From Candidatus Magasanikiibacteriota bacterium (GTDB taxonomy: Bacteria; Patescibacteriota; Patescibacteriia; Magasanikbacterales; UBA922): a DNA stretch of 64,000 nucleotides. This document shows positions 60,128 through 64,000 of this stretch, one piece after another. The notes beneath the pieces are model-generated. The model made no database searches. It saw nothing but the letters and a program-made list of their open reading frames with translations, and had not been told where the DNA came from. A program made the translations under genes and the position numbers. Each line of letters opens with the position of its first letter. Position 1 is the first letter of the stretch. The stretch covers positions 13,308 through 77,307 of the forward strand of contig JACPSK010000005.1 of NCBI GenBank assembly GCA_016193335.1. Reading direction: 5' to 3'.

Positions 60128-63100
60128 CTACCAAAGGGTCCCATAATGACGATCCAAAAACTCGTCATTTTTATTCCAGATTCTAAGGAATTGGGGAGAC
60201 ATGAGACCTATGCTTTTTCTAAGCGACTGGGCAAAATCTTTCATGACAAAAGAGAAATGCTGCCACAAAACCGCGTCGGCGATGCGCCCGGAATCTGGCG
60301 AAGGAGCATAGCTCGTGGAGCCTCCGCAGGCGCTCGCGTTGAAATTGGCACAGGCCGAATCATTGGGATATGAACCCGGACATCCGGCGCTTTTACAGCT
60401 TTGGCAATCATAACACACAGAAGACATACCGTTCGTGCCAGGACTGCTACCGCAGTCCGCGGGACAGCTCGCGGTAGTTTCGCTGCTGCCACAACTACCG
60501 TCACCGCAGGACCCGGAGCTTGAACCTGAACAAGAATTATTCGAATCTTTCCAGCAATAGCCGTTGCACCAAGAGTATCCATGAGAAGTGCAGTCTGACG
60601 ATGAATAACAGTAGTTATAATTCGTTGCGCAGGTTCCGCTCGTTGATCCCCCGCAATCCGAAGGACAAGAACTATACGATTCAGAACTTTCGCAAGTGCC
60701 ATTACTGTTACAGGAATTCGAACCAGTTCCTCCTGATGAACAATCCGAAGGACAACTGGACGAAGTCTCAGTATTTTCACAAGTTCCATTGCTATTGCAT
60801 GAGCCTGAACTCGAATAACAGCTTACCGGACAGCCGGAATTGTCAAAATTACAACCATTCGGGCAAATACTGTAACTGCAAGTGTATGAATTCGTGTAAT
60901 TGTTGTACTGGGTAGATGGACAAGATGTGGTACTTGAAGATTTACAATCTTGCGGACAGGATCCGGTGCTTTCACCGGCCTCACAAGATCCATTGTAGTT
61001 GCAGGCAGTACTTGCAGTGCTGGGACATTTAGCTGCAGTGTAATTATCTTTGTTGAGATAACTCGGATAATTGTAATCACAGCGTTGTTCCGTATTGAGT
61101 TTGCAGTAGCGGGTTCCTTTGGAATCCCAACTGCTGTAGGCAAAGCCCGGGCAGGAGCTGGCGTCTCCGGGGTATTCTTTAGCTGAATTGCAATCGGCCG
61201 GACAAGAAGTGGCAGTTTCATTTGATCCGCACCACTTATCCCCACAAGTGCTTTGGGTATTGCTGACACAGCCGGTTGGACAGCCATTGGCATCCCATTG
61301 ACACCAGGTGCCTGTAGAGCTTCCTTTGCAAGCACTGCAAGAGCCGGAATTGGCGCAGGTGGTTCCATCTTTCACACAGCTGTCAGCGGTAGAATCATAG
61401 TGCCAACCGGTCATGCCTTGGCATTTGCCACTGGTGCCAGTGCCAGAAGTCCAACAGCCTACCGGACAACCGGAATTGTCAAAATTGCAGCCACTAGGAC
61501 AAGCCGTATAATTACAAGCGAAAGAACCGGACGCGCTATTGAATCCATTATTAGGACAGCTCGTGGCTGTCTTGCAGTCTGCCGGACAACTGGCAGGAGT
61601 CTCGCCGTCTTTGCATACGTTATCTCCGCAATTGGAAGTCACGGAGCCATTACAATCCGCGGGACAACTGTTGTTTGCTTTCTCGGTGCTAGAACATTGT
61701 TTATCTCCGCACACATCAGCGGCCGGAACGAAGCAGCGCCCATTTTCACACGTATAAGTGCTACCAAGTTTTTTACAATCATAGCCTTTCGGGTCATCAG
61801 ATCCGATCACCACTTTCGTGCCTTGGCATATATATTCCACTACAAGAGCCCCATTGCAATAATCGTCATAAGAACCGGTCTTATCCTTTGCCGTGCCCTT
61901 GACTTTATAATCTTTGGCGTCCGTATCAGAACAGGTTCCTGCCAAATCTCCGCAGTCCACCGGACAATTACTCTTGGTTTCGTCCACAGAGTTACAAATG
62001 CCGTCTCCGCAATACTTGCCATCCTTTGGCTTGCACTTTTCGGCGCAGCCATTGGCGGTAAAGACACAGCCATTTGGACAGAGCCCATAATTGCAATCAT
62101 ATTGTTTGTCAGAATACCCATTCGCCGTGTTGGGAACACAGGAAACCGGAGCAATTTTGCAATCCTGGGAGCAAGTTTCAGAAGTTTCTCCATTATCGCA
62201 AACACCATTGTAATTGCAGGTAGAACCGGTGGGGCTCGGACAATTGGCCGCGGTATAATTATCTTTGTTGAGATAACTCGGATAATTGTAATCACAGCGT
62301 TGTTCCGTATTGAGTTTGCAGTAGCGAGTTCCTTTGGAATCCCAACTGCTGTAGGCAAAGCCCGGGCAGGAGCTGGCGTCTCCGGGGTATTCTTTGCCAC
62401 AGTCGGCAGGACAGGAATCTTTGGTTTCAGAACTATTGCAAACGGCGTCGCCGCAGGTATCTTTTACACAACGCCCTGCTCCGGAATCCCAGTACGAAGG
62501 AGCTTCACAAGCAGGAAGCTTGCCCGAACAGTCTGGTATGCCGAAAATCTGCCAATTGGTATCATCGCCCGCCCCTGAAGGCCAACGCATCAAGGATTTC
62601 AGGACAGCGCGGCATTTTGCTTCAGCGGCTGCTATATGGTTGGTATATTCAGCGTCTGTACGATTCAAAATGTAAGACGTTTCAGATCCATCACTAAACT
62701 TCCACGTATAACTCTTCCATTTGGAGGTCTCCGGCTTAGTGTCATAAACCACCCCAAACTTGCTCTGACATTCGGCAGATATCCCTTTGCCGCTTCCAGG
62801 GCCGTACTGCTTGCAATATGAATATGCCTCGTCTTTTGTGTACACAGCATGTCCGTCTGAAAAAGTGTGGTAGACCGCCGGTTTCAGTTCATTGACAATA
62901 CAAGAACCGGATCGAGTACATGATTTTTCATCCACATAAAATTCTCTCCTGTATCCTTGTTTGCAAGAAGTATCTCCGAGAGGTGGGCATTGAAATTGTT
63001 CAATACAGGTATTGAGGCCGCAGGGATCCTTGGCAGGATCAGAAGGCAAGGGCTTCTCCCCGGGAGCGCAAACACGTGGCATAACCATGGGGCAAATCAA

Positions 63101-63991
63101 AGGTTTGCACTCGGCATATTCAACACAACCATCAACCCGTTTAAACGTGTCACGTGTCATGCCGGCTTGACAAGGTAAGGGCTTAGCCGGACAACGATCC
63201 TTAAAAGGAACGCAAGAGCCCGGGAGCCAGCAACCGTTTTGGTCTTGTGAAGGTTCACGATAATAGCCCACCGGACAGGCTTCCGGGTCGTAAGAGGGAC
63301 AAATTACTTTATTAACGGCTACACAGAGGGTTTTGATGTCATCCCAATACATGCCCTCGCCGCATCTTGTTCGCTCTTCTTGAATGCAACGACGGGATGA
63401 AAAATCAAAATAAAAACCCGGTTGGCAATCTACAAAATCCTTGGGCATACAATCTTGAATACGGCTGTTCCAGACCCAAGAAGCCGGACATATATGCCCC
63501 GCATCTTTATAACATTCTTTGGGGTACACCAACCTGCCCGTTGTCTTATCCAATACGCCTGAACAATTGTTTCTTGCGTCGGATTCACAGATGCCTCTTT
63601 CTTCATTCCATCGCAAACCTCCTGAACAAGATCTAAATCTTTCGGGTGGGCGGTAATACGGATCTTGCACGCAAGAATTGGCGGCTCCATCCCAATATTG
63701 TCCTTCCCCGCAATTTCCTATAAAGGTGTTGGAAGCCACGCAAGCGCGAACTGCCGGATCCCAATAATTCGGAGGTGAACAGACCGGATGTTCATCTTCC
63801 TGCGTGTACCATGAACAAGACGGCTCGCTTCGATGCTCGGCACAATAATTTTGACAGGCTTCTGGCGTATCGCATTTGCCAGCCAAAGGATTATCCCGTT
63901 TGAAACGCGTCTGTTCAGACTCTATCCTGTTTCGTTCTCTGCGCAAGTCATCCGCCAGTCGTTCTTTTTGATGACGCAAATCCTGATCCAA
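60128..63991 (-). CDS. giant Cys-rich secreted/surface protein; more than 1287 aa lie in this window and the ORF is 5'-truncated by the window edge
   Basis: the ORF runs open to the window end from a TTG pseudo-start; more than 10 CGDGxC...E...CPxDC modules; Ser/Gly/Cys-rich C-terminal region. Confidence 0.6.
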   Translation of the reverse strand: MDQDLRHQKERLADDLRRERNRIESEQTRFKRDNPLAGKCDTPEACQNYCAEHRSEPSCSWYTQEDEHPVCSPPNYWDPAVRACVASNTFIGNCGEGQYWDGAANSCVQDPYYRPPERFRSCSGGLRWNEERGICESDARNNCSGVLDKTTGRLVYPKECYKDAGHICPASWVWNSRIQDCMPKDFVDCQPGFYFDFSSRRCIQEERTRCGEGMYWDDIKTLCVAVNKVICPSYDPEACPVGYYREPSQDQNGCWLPGSCVPFKDRCPAKPLPCQAGMTRDTFKRVDGCVEYAECKPLICPMVMPRVCAPGEKPLPSDPAKDPCGLNTCIEQFQCPPLGDTSCKQGYRREFYVDEKSCTRSGSCIVNELKPAVYHTFSDGHAVYTKDEAYSYCKQYGPGSGKGISAECQSKFGVVYDTKPETSKWKSYTWKFSDGSETSYILNRTDAEYTNHIAAAEAKCRAVLKSLMRWPSGAGDDTNWQIFGIPDCSGKLPACEAPSYWDSGAGRCVKDTCGDAVCNSSETKDSCPADCGKEYPGDASSCPGFAYSSWDSKGTRYCKLNTEQRCDYNYPSYLNKDNYTAANCPSPTGSTCNYNGVCDNGETSETCSQDCKIAPVSCVPNTANGYSDKQYDCNYGLCPNGCVFTANGCAEKCKPKDGKYCGDGICNSVDETKSNCPVDCGDLAGTCSDTDAKDYKVKGTAKDKTGSYDDYCNGALVVEYICQGTKVVIGSDDPKGYDCKKLGSTYTCENGRCFVPAADVCGDKQCSSTEKANNSCPADCNGSVTSNCGDNVCKDGETPASCPADCKTATSCPNNGFNSASGSFACNYTACPSGCNFDNSGCPVGCWTSGTGTSGKCQGMTGWHYDSTADSCVKDGTTCANSGSCSACKGSSTGTWCQWDANGCPTGCVSNTQSTCGDKWCGSNETATSCPADCNSAKEYPGDASSCPGFAYSSWDSKGTRYCKLNTEQRCDYNYPSYLNKDNYTAAKCPSTASTACNYNGSCEAGESTGSCPQDCKSSSTTSCPSTQYNNYTNSYTCSYSICPNGCNFDNSGCPVSCYSSSGSCNSNGTCENTETSSSCPSDCSSGGTGSNSCNSNGTCESSESYSSCPSDCGGSTSGTCATNYNYCYSSSDCTSHGYSWCNGYCWKDSNNSCSGSSSGSCGDGSCGSSETTASCPADCGSSPGTNGMSSVCYDCQSCKSAGCPGSYPNDSACANFNASACGGSTSYAPSPDSGRIADAVLWQHFSFVMKDFAQSLRKSIGLMSPQFLRIWNKNDEFLDRHYGTLW

Positions 63992-64000
63992 AAATTGAGT

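Overview
This window is an AT-rich bacterial chromosomal segment of roughly 40-45% GC (estimated by eye, not computed). Most genes sit on the minus strand and are tightly packed, and the gene content looks like a small-genome organism, possibly of the Patescibacteria/CPR type (this is inference). The housekeeping genes I can support are rpmB, trhO, ndk, uvrD/pcrA, tgt, queA, mltG, prfB, groES/groEL with a CIRCE-like operator, yidC, nusA, msrA, msrB, mscL, arfB, creD, a MacAB-like ABC efflux set with an HlyD-type adaptor, and several Cys-rich secreted proteins. Four tRNA genes are present. tRNA-Pro(GGG) and tRNA-Ala(CGC) lie at 3019-3182, and tRNA-Val(CAC) and tRNA-Pro(CGG) lie at 10054-10371. 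The four tRNAs bracket a ~6.9 kb accessory island at 3183-10053, which is the main point of interest. A 4.5 kb co-directional cassette is bounded by ~310 bp inverted repeats at ~95% identity, and each repeat carries three perfect 15-16 bp hairpins. The cassette genes, in order, are an XRE controller-like HTH, a 120-aa N-terminal C5-cytosine methyltransferase fragment, a DUF3883-like PD-(D/E)xK protein, a putative type II restriction endonuclease, Vsr, a LexA-type winged-helix DNA-binding domain fused to a glycine-rich hydrophobic C-terminus, and a proteasome/HslV-like Ntn-hydrolase with a coiled-coil insertion. Next to the cassette is a large serine recombinase gene flanked by its own ~130 bp inverted repeats, and its 3' end reads into tRNA-Val. 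Other notable items are four sharply GC-rich islets inside the AT-rich backbone, the largest at ~51.0-53.4 kb with its own sigma70-like promoter, a strong terminator and a 394-aa orphan protein; a repeated AT-rich inverted-repeat element family with a conserved ~60 nt core; several very long perfect intergenic hairpins; and a 5'-truncated ORF encoding more than 1287 aa of Cys-rich modular surface protein with an internal ~150 bp near-perfect DNA repeat. I found no CRISPR array and no rRNA.
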